64,000 nt of DNA from a virus. Positions 1-9,450 of this stretch are shown one piece after another. The translations under genes were made by a program, and so were the position numbers. Location: positions 1-64,000 of the IMG/VR virus record IMGVR_UViG_3300010157_000059. One strand, 5' to 3'. Position 1 is the stretch's first letter; every line of letters begins with the position of its first letter. Below the pieces are notes generated by a model. It was given only the letters and a program-made list of their open reading frames with translations. It searched no databases and was not told the DNA's origin.

Positions 1-2
1 CA

Positions 3-746
3 GAACTTCTTCTGAACGCTTCTTTCGATGACGTTATGGCTTCGGCTTCACGTCTTCTTGGTCGCAACATGGCTCTGTACCTTGATGGTCAGGCTCGTGA
101 CACCCTTATGGCAGCTTCTTCCGTAATCTACGGTGAAGATCGCACAGGTAACACAGCAGTTAATGCTTGGTACGCTGACGGTACAACTGCATCTTCACGT
201 GCAGGCCTTACTGGCTCTAGCTACCTTTCGACACACACCATCAAGGATGCTGTCGAAACACTCGCAACCAAGAACATTCCGAGACTAGGCGAAACCTACG
301 TTGCGTTCGTTCATCCTCACCAGAGCCGTCGTCTTCGCGACAATCCTGAGTTCATTGAAGTAACGAAGTACGCTGCCCCAGGTAACTTCATGCTTGGTGA
401 AATCGGTCGTTTGTACGACACGGTCTTCATTGAGACAACTCAGGTACAGAAGGTACCTAATGGTGCTGGCGCTGGCTACACAACAGATTCATCTGTAAAC
501 AACGTTGTTTACCCAACTGGCGGTGGCTACACCACTCCAGTAACCAAGCAGGGTAACGGTTCACAGGATCGCTACTCAGCAATCTTCATTGGTGACAACG
601 CCTTTGGTCACGCTATCTCATTGCCAGTTGAACTGCGCGATGGTGGTATTCTTGACTTTGGTCGTGAGCATGCTTTGGCATGGTACTCAATCTACGGTCT
701 AGGCCTGATCACTGATCAGTCTGTAGTTATCGCAGAAACCAACTAA
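3..746 (+). CDS. Major capsid protein, C-terminal part (N4-gp56-like family); 5' end lies outside the window
   Basis: Frame open from base 3 (ELLLNASFDDVMASAS...); motifs YVAFVHPHQ, GEIGRLYDTVFIET, DFGREHALAWYSIYG typical of HK97-fold capsids; strong codon bias; followed by a terminator. Confidence 0.85.
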   Translation, partial: ELLLNASFDDVMASASRLLGRNMALYLDGQARDTLMAASSVIYGEDRTGNTAVNAWYADGTTASSRAGLTGSSYLSTHTIKDAVETLATKNIPRLGETYVAFVHPHQSRRLRDNPEFIEVTKYAAPGNFMLGEIGRLYDTVFIETTQVQKVPNGAGAGYTTDSSVNNVVYPTGGGYTTPVTKQGNGSQDRYSAIFIGDNAFGHAISLPVELRDGGILDFGREHALAWYSIYGLGLITDQSVVIAETN

Positions 747-759
747 GCTATACCCCTTT

Positions 760-797
760 TAGTGGGGGAGTGCGTTTGAAGGCCTCCCCCACTATTT
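760..797 (+). terminator. Intrinsic terminator after the capsid gene
   Basis: TAGTGGGGGAG ... CTCCCCCACTA inverted repeat followed by TTT. Confidence 0.7.
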
Positions 798-836
798 CTA
801 CAATAAATATCGAGCTATTCATTAGGAGAATATATT

Positions 837-1208
837 ATGGCTGTAAAAGCTAAAGCAGGTGACGTCACCGGACGTCAGCGCGAAGAACTAATTAAAGACC
901 AGGCCGCCGAGCTTGCTCGTCGTGCAGACGAAGTAACTATGGCAACTGTTGATAAAGCAGCACGCCTAGAGACTGAGGTACTAGACCTCTCAACAAAGCC
1001 AGATCAGCCAACACTCATTGATGAGGTTGAAGATTTGGGTGTTGACCTAGCGGACAATACAACTATCATTCGTGTCGCAGAAGACATGGACATGGTAACT
1101 ATTGGCTCTGGAAATCACTATAGTTTTAAAGCCGGGCAAAAGTACAAGGTACCTGCTAACGTGGCAGCACACCTTCAGGAAAAGGGATACCTCTACGAGC
1201 GTCTCTAA
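837..1208 (+). CDS. Head-associated hypothetical protein
   Basis: 123-aa ORF, AGGAGA RBS, located between capsid and adaptor genes. Confidence 0.6.
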   Translation: MAVKAKAGDVTGRQREELIKDQAAELARRADEVTMATVDKAARLETEVLDLSTKPDQPTLIDEVEDLGVDLADNTTIIRVAEDMDMVTIGSGNHYSFKAGQKYKVPANVAAHLQEKGYLYERL

Positions 1209-1227
1209 CCCAGGCTTTTAATAAGCT

Positions 1228-1271
1228 GCTCGCATCCACGACCGCCCTCCCGTGGGTGCGAGCTTCTTTTA
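1228..1271 (+). terminator. Intrinsic terminator
   Basis: GCTCGCATCCACG / CGTGGGTGCGAGC stem, 10-nt loop, then TTCTTTTT. Confidence 0.8.
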
Positions 1272-1330
1272 TATAGATAATTATTCAATTTAAATAGATA
1301 ATGTATCTAGTAGCTAACAAAGGAATGTAA

Positions 1331-2755
1331 ATGGCAACTACCACAGATCTAGCAAGTCGTTTAAGAAGTGAACTTGGTGATGTTGGCAAAACCTTTGTAC
1401 AAACGTTAACTGGAGACGGCACAACTAAAAGATTTAATCTTGACTATTACCCAGTATTGGGAAGCAGCATAACTATCTTAGTAGGGGGCGCTAATGTCTC
1501 CTCTTCTTCTACGGTAGAAGAAACCCCAGGCGTTATTACCCTATCTTCTGCCCCCGCAGTGGGCGCAGTCATTACTGTAGCCGGTACTTACTACCGCTAC
1601 TTTACAGATGCAGAAATTACTAACTACGTTAATATCGCGTTTCTACAGCATGCTGGAACAGAAACTAATGCTTACGGTTCCAGAATTGTGCTTTCTAATC
1701 TGCCGGCAGTTGAAGAGTACCCCATAATCTTGCTAGCAGCCACTCTGGCTTTGTTTACGTTGGCAACTGATGCTGCGTATGACATTGACATTCAAGCCCC
1801 TGACGGAGTGTCTATCCCCCGTGCTGAGCGTTACCGCCAGCTTATGGAGATTATTCAGACCCGTAAAGAGCAGTACCGTGAGCTTTGCAACCTTCTTAAC
1901 ATTGGTTTGCACCGAATTGAGGTTGCTACCTTACGCCGCAACTCTACTCGTACAAACCGTTACGTACCTGTATACAAGCCTCAAGAACTTGACGATGGCA
2001 GCCGTCCACAGCGCCTACACGTACCTATACCTAACTACATGGATCAGACACCGGATACTATTCCTACTTATGACATTAATATTTACAGAGGCGACTCATT
2101 TGAAGTTGATTTGGATTTCCCATTCAGTTTGGCAGATTACGCTTTCTTAGCTCAAATCCGAGCCTACTCAGGTGCCGTTCTTCAATTAGCAAACTTTACA
2201 GTTACTATAACTAGCATTGCTAATGGAACTGCCACTCTTACTTTGACCTCAGATCAGACTACAGAGCTTCCTGCGCGTGCTATGTGGGATGTACAGATAA
2301 TTAAGCAAGCTACAAGACCTCTTATTACAACTGCTGCTACGGCCGTTAAACCAGGATACAAGGGTACCGTAGCTAAGGCCGGGTACGTTACTTACACTAC
2401 TGCCTCTGCCCATGGTTTTGTAACTGGCGAAAAAGTTACAATTGCTAATGTGGCGGTGCTTGATAGCAATGGTGTTAAGACTCTTAAGAATGCTTATAAT
2501 AATGAGTTTGTTATTACAGTATTTAATACCAATAGCTTCTATGTAGAAAATACTTATACCGCTACCCCTGTAGACACTGATGGTTACAGCATTACTGACC
2601 CAGATACTGGGGTTGTTCTATCGACAGTAGGCGCTGCTACTGCTACGTACACTGACCCAGATTACACAAAGACCTACGTACGGGGCGCGGTAATTGTTCA
2701 AGAACAAATCTCTAATTACAATAATGATCCCTACGCTCCAGGATGGCAAGGATGA
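1331..2755 (+). CDS. Head-to-tail adaptor-like virion protein with added beta-rich domains
   Basis: LRSELGD N-terminus and YFTDAEI motif typical of adaptors; C-terminal beta domain (YRGDSF...WDVQI) and an AHGF-type insert. Confidence 0.6.
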   Translation: MATTTDLASRLRSELGDVGKTFVQTLTGDGTTKRFNLDYYPVLGSSITILVGGANVSSSSTVEETPGVITLSSAPAVGAVITVAGTYYRYFTDAEITNYVNIAFLQHAGTETNAYGSRIVLSNLPAVEEYPIILLAATLALFTLATDAAYDIDIQAPDGVSIPRAERYRQLMEIIQTRKEQYRELCNLLNIGLHRIEVATLRRNSTRTNRYVPVYKPQELDDGSRPQRLHVPIPNYMDQTPDTIPTYDINIYRGDSFEVDLDFPFSLADYAFLAQIRAYSGAVLQLANFTVTITSIANGTATLTLTSDQTTELPARAMWDVQIIKQATRPLITTAATAVKPGYKGTVAKAGYVTYTTASAHGFVTGEKVTIANVAVLDSNGVKTLKNAYNNEFVITVFNTNSFYVENTYTATPVDTDGYSITDPDTGVVLSTVGAATATYTDPDYTKTYVRGAVIVQEQISNYNNDPYAPGWQG

Positions 2756-3237
2756 CAGACATAATTAATGTTTCTTCGGGTAGCCCTGAAATAGTAGTAG
2801 TTGGCGTTGGCCAAGGCGGGGCAGTAGGACCTGCTGGGCCTGTAGGGCAAACTGGAAATACCGGTCCCACTGGTCTTGTTGGGGTTGCCTTCCAAGGTAG
2901 CGCACCAAGTATTACTCAGTTGTGGGCTGACACGTCTACAGTATCGGCACAGGTCGGAGTGTTTGACGGTGGAACACCTTCAACGCAGTTAACGTCTATT
3001 CGTATGCGTCGTGGCACAACTGAACAGTGGGCTAGCAACCCAATTTTGGATGCCGGAGAGTTTGGTTACAATTCATCACTTAATCAGTTTAAGATTGGTG
3101 ATGGCGTTAAGACTTGGTCATTGTTGCCATATGTAACAGCCGAAGCAAACTTGAACAATGTGAGAGTGACTGGAGAGACTTTTACAATGACTGGCGTGAC
3201 TGTTGTAAATGGAACTATTGATGGGGGCCAAGCATGA
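2752..3237 (+). CDS. Fibre/collar protein with collagen-like repeat and Mtd-N-like domain
   Basis: Gly-X-Y run GPAGPVGQTGNTGPTG; RRGT..W..NPIL..GE.GY...FKIGDG motif; ATGA overlap with the previous gene. Confidence 0.65.
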   Translation: MTDIINVSSGSPEIVVVGVGQGGAVGPAGPVGQTGNTGPTGLVGVAFQGSAPSITQLWADTSTVSAQVGVFDGGTPSTQLTSIRMRRGTTEQWASNPILDAGEFGYNSSLNQFKIGDGVKTWSLLPYVTAEANLNNVRVTGETFTMTGVTVVNGTIDGGQA

Positions 3238-3416
3238 CCGCTCTGAAGTATTGGGATGCCACCGCCAACAACAACAATGGCGCATGGGTGTCGATGACAC
3301 TCACCCAGCAAAACAATGTGAAGGTGTCTGCATCTGAGCCTCAAGACAAGTCTCAGCTGTGGGCCGACCCGAATGATGTGACTTACATCAACGCTATTGA
3401 CGGAGGTTCAGCATGA
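3234..3416 (+). CDS. Small fibre-associated protein
   Basis: 60 aa; shares the LKxWD...GAW N-terminus with the next two genes; ATGA overlaps at both ends. Confidence 0.6.
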   Translation: MTALKYWDATANNNNGAWVSMTLTQQNNVKVSASEPQDKSQLWADPNDVTYINAIDGGSA

Positions 3417-5068
3417 GTGCTTTGAAGTTCTGGGATCAGTCTGCGAACAGTGGCGCTGGCGCTTGGAAGTATTTGGCGCAAGGTGTCAAGGGTGACACTG
3501 GCAACACGGGCATTGTTGCCCAGTCGACTGAACCAGATAAAGGCGTGTTGTGGCTTGATACGTCTGTGGTAGGTAGTTCGGGCAGCGTCCCTGTCAAAGG
3601 CACAACCAACCAGGTGCTAGCGAAGGCATCTAATGCGGACTATGACACACAGTGGGTTTCGGCAGGTTCAGGTACTGTCACTAGTGTTGCGGTCACCGCA
3701 CCTCTTACGGGTGGTCCAGTTACAACGTCAGGCACTATTGGTATTGCTGATGCTTCTACTACAGATAAGGGTGCAGTTCAACTTAACGACACGGTTGGAT
3801 CAACCAGCATCACACAAGCCGCCACAGCCAATAGTGTTAGGACTGCGTATGAGGCAGCAACTACAGCAAATACTTTAGCCAATAATGCACAAAGCACAGC
3901 AGATGGCAAGGTAGCTTCAGTAACTGCAGCTGATGCAACAATTACTATTGGTGGTGTAGATTCTCTCAATCCTACTATCGCGGTGGGTACTGTCCCTGCT
4001 GCTTCGGTTTCTGGCCTTGCCACATCAGCAACAACTGACACCACTAATGCCTCAAACATTACTTCTGGAACTTTGCCTAATGCACGTCTAGTATCTGTTC
4101 CTGATTCTGCTCTTGCTACTATCTCTACCGCAGGTAAAGTTTCTAACTCTGCCACTACTGCAACTAATGCTAATACTGCATCTGCCATTGTTGCCCGTGA
4201 TGCTTCAGGTAACTTTACTGCCGGCACTATTAGTGCTGCTTTGACAGGCAACGTGACAGGCAACGTGACAGGTAACGTGACAGGTAGCGTTTCTGGATCG
4301 TCAGGTAGCACTACGGGTAATGCTGCGACTGCGACAACACTTCAAACTTCGCGAAACATTAACGGGCAACCTTTTAACGGTTCGGCAGACATTACTGTGA
4401 CTGCAACTCCTACTGCTGGAACAGTTGTTGATGCAAGCATTACTTCAAGTGGTTTGAGTGCCTCAAAGATTACTGGCACGGCGTACACAATGACTAATCG
4501 TACTAATGATCAGTATCAACCATCTACTGGTCTTGACATTATGTCTCGTATGTTAGCAACTGGTACACGTAGCTTAACCAACGGAACTGTTTGGCTAACT
4601 ACTTTTGTACCAGCGGTATCTACAACTATTAGTAAAATATCTACCACATGTTACACGGGTACAACAGATAGTGGTGGTACATTTATTCGACGTATGGGTT
4701 TGTTTACGGTCGATAATACGGTACCAACAGCACCTACTGTAACTTTGGTTGCTCGTACTGCAGGTAATGATGCCACGTTGTGGGCTACATCTTTTACCAC
4801 TTACACAAGAGCGCTGGATACTACTGGCAGTTTCCCCTCAACATACACGCTAAACGCTGGCACTACATACGCTATTGGGGTTATTGGATATAACACGGGT
4901 GGTACTTATACTGCGCCTTTAATAGTAGGGGGTCCAGGACTTGCCGTAATACATTCTGTTGCTCCAGTTATTTATTGTCAGGTTACTAGCCAATCTGATT
5001 TACCTACTGCTGCTAATACTGCCGTAATTCTTACAAATGGCTCTGGACCTTACGCAAGGTTGACGTAA
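3413..5068 (+). CDS. Tail fibre protein
   Basis: Ser/Thr/Ala-rich; fibre repeats DASTTDKGAVQL, IVARDASGNF, LQTSRNINGQPFNGSADIT. Confidence 0.8.
   Translation: MSALKFWDQSANSGAGAWKYLAQGVKGDTGNTGIVAQSTEPDKGVLWLDTSVVGSSGSVPVKGTTNQVLAKASNADYDTQWVSAGSGTVTSVAVTAPLTGGPVTTSGTIGIADASTTDKGAVQLNDTVGSTSITQAATANSVRTAYEAATTANTLANNAQSTADGKVASVTAADATITIGGVDSLNPTIAVGTVPAASVSGLATSATTDTTNASNITSGTLPNARLVSVPDSALATISTAGKVSNSATTATNANTASAIVARDASGNFTAGTISAALTGNVTGNVTGNVTGSVSGSSGSTTGNAATATTLQTSRNINGQPFNGSADITVTATPTAGTVVDASITSSGLSASKITGTAYTMTNRTNDQYQPSTGLDIMSRMLATGTRSLTNGTVWLTTFVPAVSTTISKISTTCYTGTTDSGGTFIRRMGLFTVDNTVPTAPTVTLVARTAGNDATLWATSFTTYTRALDTTGSFPSTYTLNAGTTYAIGVIGYNTGGTYTAPLIVGGPGLAVIHSVAPVIYCQVTSQSDLPTAANTAVILTNGSGPYARLT
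4242..4286 (+). repeat. 12-bp tandem repeat (TGACAGGYAACG, about 3.5 copies) encoding TGNV
   Basis: TGACAGGCAACG TGACAGGCAACG TGACAGGTAACG TGACAGGTA seen directly. Confidence 0.9.
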
Positions 5069-5081
5069 TGAAGGGTTTCAC

Positions 5082-6845
5082 ATGTCACAGTTAAAAATTT
5101 GGGATGCAACTGCAAACAATAACCAAGGTGCTTGGGTTCCTGCTGTTATTGGTGCAATCGGTCAGACTGGTCCTAAGGGCGATGCTGGTCAGGGTGTTCC
5201 TGCTGGCGGAACTAACGGGCAGGTTCTTACAAAAGTTGGAAGTGGTTCAGGTACTGACTATCAGACCGAATGGAGAGCAAGCACTGGAGGTGGTTCAAGT
5301 GTTTCAACTAAGTTTAATGATTTCTTAGCTAGTACTAATGGGCCAATTAATGCATTTCCTAAGTTTGACACTACATTAGCTAGTATCTCTTACTCAGCAA
5401 GCCCAGCTATATCAGGTGCAACTGTTGTTGCATGTACTAGCGATAACTTTACTTATCGTGGGTTGATTAAAAATCCTATCACTATTAGTGGCACAACCTA
5501 TTACAGAAACTCTATATCTGGACAAGATTCAGCCAGACCATATGAACTTCTTTCATTCAATGTTTTTTGGGTTGAGTTTGACCATTATGGTACTCAATTT
5601 GATATACGTTATGCCAGCACTATTTCTACACAATACTCACAAATTTGGGTATGGGTTGACGGCGTTCCTATAACGGAAAAACCCGTGTATAGTGGCCCAT
5701 CAGTAGGCGCTATGCGTTACCAAACTGTTACTTTGGCTGGGTCAACTGCAAAGCAGCGTCGTATTCGTGTCATGATAGGTGCCTCAGATTTTGCGGGTAT
5801 CGGTTTAGCTAATAGCACTGACACTATTTTTCCTGTTGAACAAAAGTTGTTAAAAGTAGTTTTTTATGATGGTTCCTGGTTCCAAGGTGGTTCAGGTCTT
5901 AGTGACGCATATACTACTGGAGGAACACTTTCCGCCACATATAATTCCAATGTAGTTAGTATTGCAATTTCTAGTGGCACACAACTTGTTAATCAAGGTG
6001 ACACTATCAATGTCACAGGTCTTACATACGCCAATGCAACAGGTTCTACTACAAACCCATTTACAGTGACATCTGTTAAAAATGCTACAACACTTACTTT
6101 TGCAGCCCCTACTGGAACAACTGGGGTTTCAGGTATTCCAGTCGTTACAGTTTCTGGAGCAAAGGCATATCTTAATGAACAACTGTCTGTTCAATTGGGA
6201 GAAATGATGAACGTAGATTATTACGTTAATGCTCTTGGTGGCACTGGGTATGTCAATGGAAGCAACTTAGACCCAATTTTAGGGTATGTGGTTGCCCCAT
6301 TAGTACCACCAGACATTACTGAAAATCCTAATTGGTGCGACCCTGGACGTTTAGCCGCAGTTAAAGCTTTTAATCCAGATCTTGTTATATTCTGTGGAAC
6401 AACTAATGATGATTATTTTACTGATAGTTCCTACCAGTTAGGTAACCATGCAAAATATGCCTACGATTATATTAAAACTAATCTGCCAAATGCAAGAGTT
6501 ATTGTGTTTACCCGTCAATCAAATGGAACACCAACAGAGTCTGTTGGTACTGCGGGTAAACCACAGTATACAGCTAACGCTACTACTGTTAGGAATGCGG
6601 CAACTGAGCGGTTAACTACTAATGGCGGAAATGTTATTGGCATAGTAAATCCTTTTCTTGAAGGTTGGGTAAATGGGCTCGCTCCTACAGTGGCTAGCGG
6701 TTCAATAGCTGCTAGCCCAGGTTCAGGTAATGCCTCAATATTTATTGCTACAGATGCACATCCAAACCCTACTGGCAATCATTATTATGCAAATAGAATG
6801 TTTAATAGGATTGTAGACATTATCAAAGACTATACAAGGAGCTAA
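5082..6845 (+). CDS. Tail fibre/spike with SGNH-hydrolase (esterase) domain
   Basis: Collagen-like start; SGNH blocks FYDGSW, ALGGTGY, GTTNDD, DAHPNPTG. Confidence 0.7.
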   Translation: MSQLKIWDATANNNQGAWVPAVIGAIGQTGPKGDAGQGVPAGGTNGQVLTKVGSGSGTDYQTEWRASTGGGSSVSTKFNDFLASTNGPINAFPKFDTTLASISYSASPAISGATVVACTSDNFTYRGLIKNPITISGTTYYRNSISGQDSARPYELLSFNVFWVEFDHYGTQFDIRYASTISTQYSQIWVWVDGVPITEKPVYSGPSVGAMRYQTVTLAGSTAKQRRIRVMIGASDFAGIGLANSTDTIFPVEQKLLKVVFYDGSWFQGGSGLSDAYTTGGTLSATYNSNVVSIAISSGTQLVNQGDTINVTGLTYANATGSTTNPFTVTSVKNATTLTFAAPTGTTGVSGIPVVTVSGAKAYLNEQLSVQLGEMMNVDYYVNALGGTGYVNGSNLDPILGYVVAPLVPPDITENPNWCDPGRLAAVKAFNPDLVIFCGTTNDDYFTDSSYQLGNHAKYAYDYIKTNLPNARVIVFTRQSNGTPTESVGTAGKPQYTANATTVRNAATERLTTNGGNVIGIVNPFLEGWVNGLAPTVASGSIAASPGSGNASIFIATDAHPNPTGNHYYANRMFNRIVDIIKDYTRS

Positions 6846-6847
6846 TA

Positions 6848-8005
6848 ATGGCACGTATTACACAAATTCAAGTGCGCAGAAGCGTCTCAGGGCCTAGCAC
6901 TGTTACCGGTACTTGGGCACAAGTTAACCCGATTCTTGCAGCTGGTGAGATTGGTTTAGAAACTGATACGGGCAAGTTTAAAATTGGTGACGGAAGCACT
7001 CTTTGGAACGCGCTTGGTTATTCAACTGACGTAGCTAAACTAAATGGCACTGTTCCTGTTCTTAAGGGCGGCACTGGCAAAACTACTTTTGGTGCTACGG
7101 CTGGCGTGCTAAAGACTAATGGTTCTGACGTGTTGTCTGCTTCACTTGTTGCAGACGCTGACCTTGCTGGATCAATTGACCCTAAAAAAATTGTTGGCAC
7201 TGCGTCCACGTTGGCTCAAGTTCGTGCAAGAAACTATCAAGGATCTAATACTCTTGATGTTCCTCCACGTCAGTTTTGCACAGGAACCTCTGCTATTGTT
7301 TCTGGTTCTTTGCGTGGCTATTTGTTTACTCCAGATTCAGACATTATTGTTAACAAAATTTACAATTATGTTGGAACAGCAAGGATTGATACCGCAACAA
7401 ATAGTAATAACGCAGTAGTTTCTAACACTTCAAACACTATTACGTTTACAAATGGAACGTGGAGTCCAACACTTACCCCTGCTGTTGGCGCTACTGTTAT
7501 TGCATCTGGCGTTGGAACTGGCGCAAAAATTACTGCATACAACTCTGCAACTTTTACAATTACTGTAGATACTACAATTACGGGAAATGTGCCAACTACT
7601 TTAGGTGCAGTTCAATTGGGTAACGCAACTAATGTTCAAGCTAAAGCTGCTTTGTTTACTGTAAGTGGCAATATGTATACCCCTATTGCTGTGTCAGCAT
7701 GGCAAACAAACCCTTTTGCAACTGCGTCATCATTGTATTCATTTGACATTTCATCAACACCAGTCACACTTGCTGCTGGAACAACATATGCTGTGGCTAT
7801 GCTTGCTAGTTGGACTGGAACACCTGCTATTACTCCAACACACGCTATTCAAAACCTTGCAGGAGCTAACTTTGCTGGCTACGCCACAGGTCCTGCAATG
7901 ACATTTGCATATACAACATCTGATGTTGTCATTACCACTCCTGCTACTACTATAACAACTTCTACTGGTAATAACACCCCTCAATTTATGAGGTTGTCAA
8001 CATGA
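6848..8005 (+). CDS. Tail fibre protein with Mtd-N-like N-terminus
   Basis: IQVRR...NPILAAGEIGLETDTGKFKIGDG...W..LGY motif; C-terminal domain resembles that of 3413..5068. Confidence 0.75.
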   Translation: MARITQIQVRRSVSGPSTVTGTWAQVNPILAAGEIGLETDTGKFKIGDGSTLWNALGYSTDVAKLNGTVPVLKGGTGKTTFGATAGVLKTNGSDVLSASLVADADLAGSIDPKKIVGTASTLAQVRARNYQGSNTLDVPPRQFCTGTSAIVSGSLRGYLFTPDSDIIVNKIYNYVGTARIDTATNSNNAVVSNTSNTITFTNGTWSPTLTPAVGATVIASGVGTGAKITAYNSATFTITVDTTITGNVPTTLGAVQLGNATNVQAKAALFTVSGNMYTPIAVSAWQTNPFATASSLYSFDISSTPVTLAAGTTYAVAMLASWTGTPAITPTHAIQNLAGANFAGYATGPAMTFAYTTSDVVITTPATTITTSTGNNTPQFMRLST

Positions 8006-8103
8006 GTTGCCGTACTGGATGCCCTACTCAAGACTGTGACTCTTATGCTGACTGCTGTAAAAGCATCAGTATTGATCGTACAAGCCTTCAAGTTAGAGGC
8101 TGA
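8002..8103 (+). CDS. Cys-rich microprotein, 33 aa (not in ORF track)
   Basis: MSCRTGCPTQDCDSYADCCKSISIDRTSLQVRG; ATGA overlap with upstream stop; GAGG RBS. Confidence 0.7.
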   Translation: MSCRTGCPTQDCDSYADCCKSISIDRTSLQVRG

Positions 8104-8159
8104 AAATTAAGCCCAAATCGGGTACCGTTTAGTTAGACTATTAAGGAAAGGCCCTATTC

Positions 8160-8528
8160 ATGGCTACATCATATAAAATTTTAGGCCAAAAAGTAATTGC
8201 TACCACCAATACAGGGCTAGTCCTTTATGTAGCAACACCAGCTAGCTTAACTTGTCAGACTATTGTTTCTACTATTACAGTATGTAACACTAACAGTACT
8301 ACATCTACTTACTCAATTGCTGTAAAGCAATTAGACGCAGCTACTAACCCAGTAGATCTTTTGCCATCTCTCACTAATGAGAGTTACGTAGTGTATAGCG
8401 CGTCAATTGCTCCTAATGAAACTGTTTCCTACACCCTAGGACTGACTCTAGACAAGTTTGACAAAATAGTTGTAAATGGAACGGCAGGAGTATCCTTTAA
8501 CGCGTATGGTTCGGAGACCCAAGCATGA
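8160..8528 (+). CDS. Small beta-sandwich virion protein
   Basis: YKILGQ...VSTITVCN...SFNAYGSE pattern; AAGGA RBS. Confidence 0.6.
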   Translation: MATSYKILGQKVIATTNTGLVLYVATPASLTCQTIVSTITVCNTNSTTSTYSIAVKQLDAATNPVDLLPSLTNESYVVYSASIAPNETVSYTLGLTLDKFDKIVVNGTAGVSFNAYGSETQA

Positions 8529-8926
8529 GCGTAAAATCTAATGGCGATAGCTCTAAGCCAGATATTTTTTCTGGATCGGTAGTTTTTCCTTCAACAGCTT
8601 CCTGGCCAACTGGAGGAAGTGCAAACTTTTACACCTATACGGGCGTTGGAGGCACTCTTTACAGAAGTTGTTCAGTAGTCTTTGTATCCACAGGAACTTA
8701 CGTTTTTAAAAATTACCCAATTATTACTGCAACGATTAGTAATGGTGATTCGGCAACTTTTAGGCTAATTCCAAGAATAGCTAATGTTGGTAAAGACGGA
8801 TTTGTACTCTATGTATATAACTCAGGAACTTCTGGGGTTGAACTAGCCAACCCACTAACTGTCAACTGGGTAGCTAGAGAAGCAACTATTGGTAAATCTG
8901 CCGAAGCTCCAAATCCAAACCAATGA
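8525..8926 (+). CDS. Virion protein, possibly H-type-lectin-like
   Basis: SVVF....F..YP.ITAT...GF.LY...VNWVA pattern. Confidence 0.5.
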   Translation: MSVKSNGDSSKPDIFSGSVVFPSTASWPTGGSANFYTYTGVGGTLYRSCSVVFVSTGTYVFKNYPIITATISNGDSATFRLIPRIANVGKDGFVLYVYNSGTSGVELANPLTVNWVAREATIGKSAEAPNPNQ

Positions 8927-9432
8927 AAGCTAGCAGCCCAGGCGGTAGATTTAGTATCCCTTTTGAGCGTCGTTCAATACTCTCAGGGATTACTCAAGAT
9001 CTACGCATACCCGTAGGCCAGACAGTAAATTGGTGGAGATGGGACGCTACCGCTACTGGAGTAGACGATGTATATGATGTTGGCTCTCTAGGGACTGGTC
9101 GTGTATGGAAAACCGGATTTAATGTTCCTGCTGTAAATGCTGTCGTCTTTCAGGGCGTTACCCTTCAGGATGAGCGTGGGTTCTACAACACTGATGTTCT
9201 TAGAATTACTCTTAATATGGAAGATGTAGAGCGCCTACTTCCCACTCTCCCTACATCCCCAGATGATTTCCTAAGAGATCGAATTGTCTACCGCAACGAG
9301 GTTTTTAGGCCTACACACTTCTTCCCACGTGGTTTAATTAAGGGTAAATACACGTTGTTTACGTTGGACGCTTCTCAGGTCAACCCAGAAGAAATGGTCA
9401 ACGACGATCAATTTACAGCATATTCAAACTAA
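8923..9432 (+). CDS. Putative head-closure/stopper protein
   Basis: 169 aa; DRIVYRNEVF motif; position in the neck module. Confidence 0.5.
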   Translation: MKASSPGGRFSIPFERRSILSGITQDLRIPVGQTVNWWRWDATATGVDDVYDVGSLGTGRVWKTGFNVPAVNAVVFQGVTLQDERGFYNTDVLRITLNMEDVERLLPTLPTSPDDFLRDRIVYRNEVFRPTHFFPRGLIKGKYTLFTLDASQVNPEEMVNDDQFTAYSN

Positions 9433-9450
9433 AGGAAAAGGTAATAAATA

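Noticed and set aside
3778-4311. 177-aa minus-strand ORF (and the many other antisense or alternate-frame ORFs in the track)
   Set aside because: Shadow ORFs of codon-biased plus-strand genes; no RBS or recognisable motifs
2752-8005. Diversity-generating retroelement suggested by Mtd-N-like domains
   Set aside because: No reverse transcriptase and no template/variable repeat pair differing at adenines seen in the window
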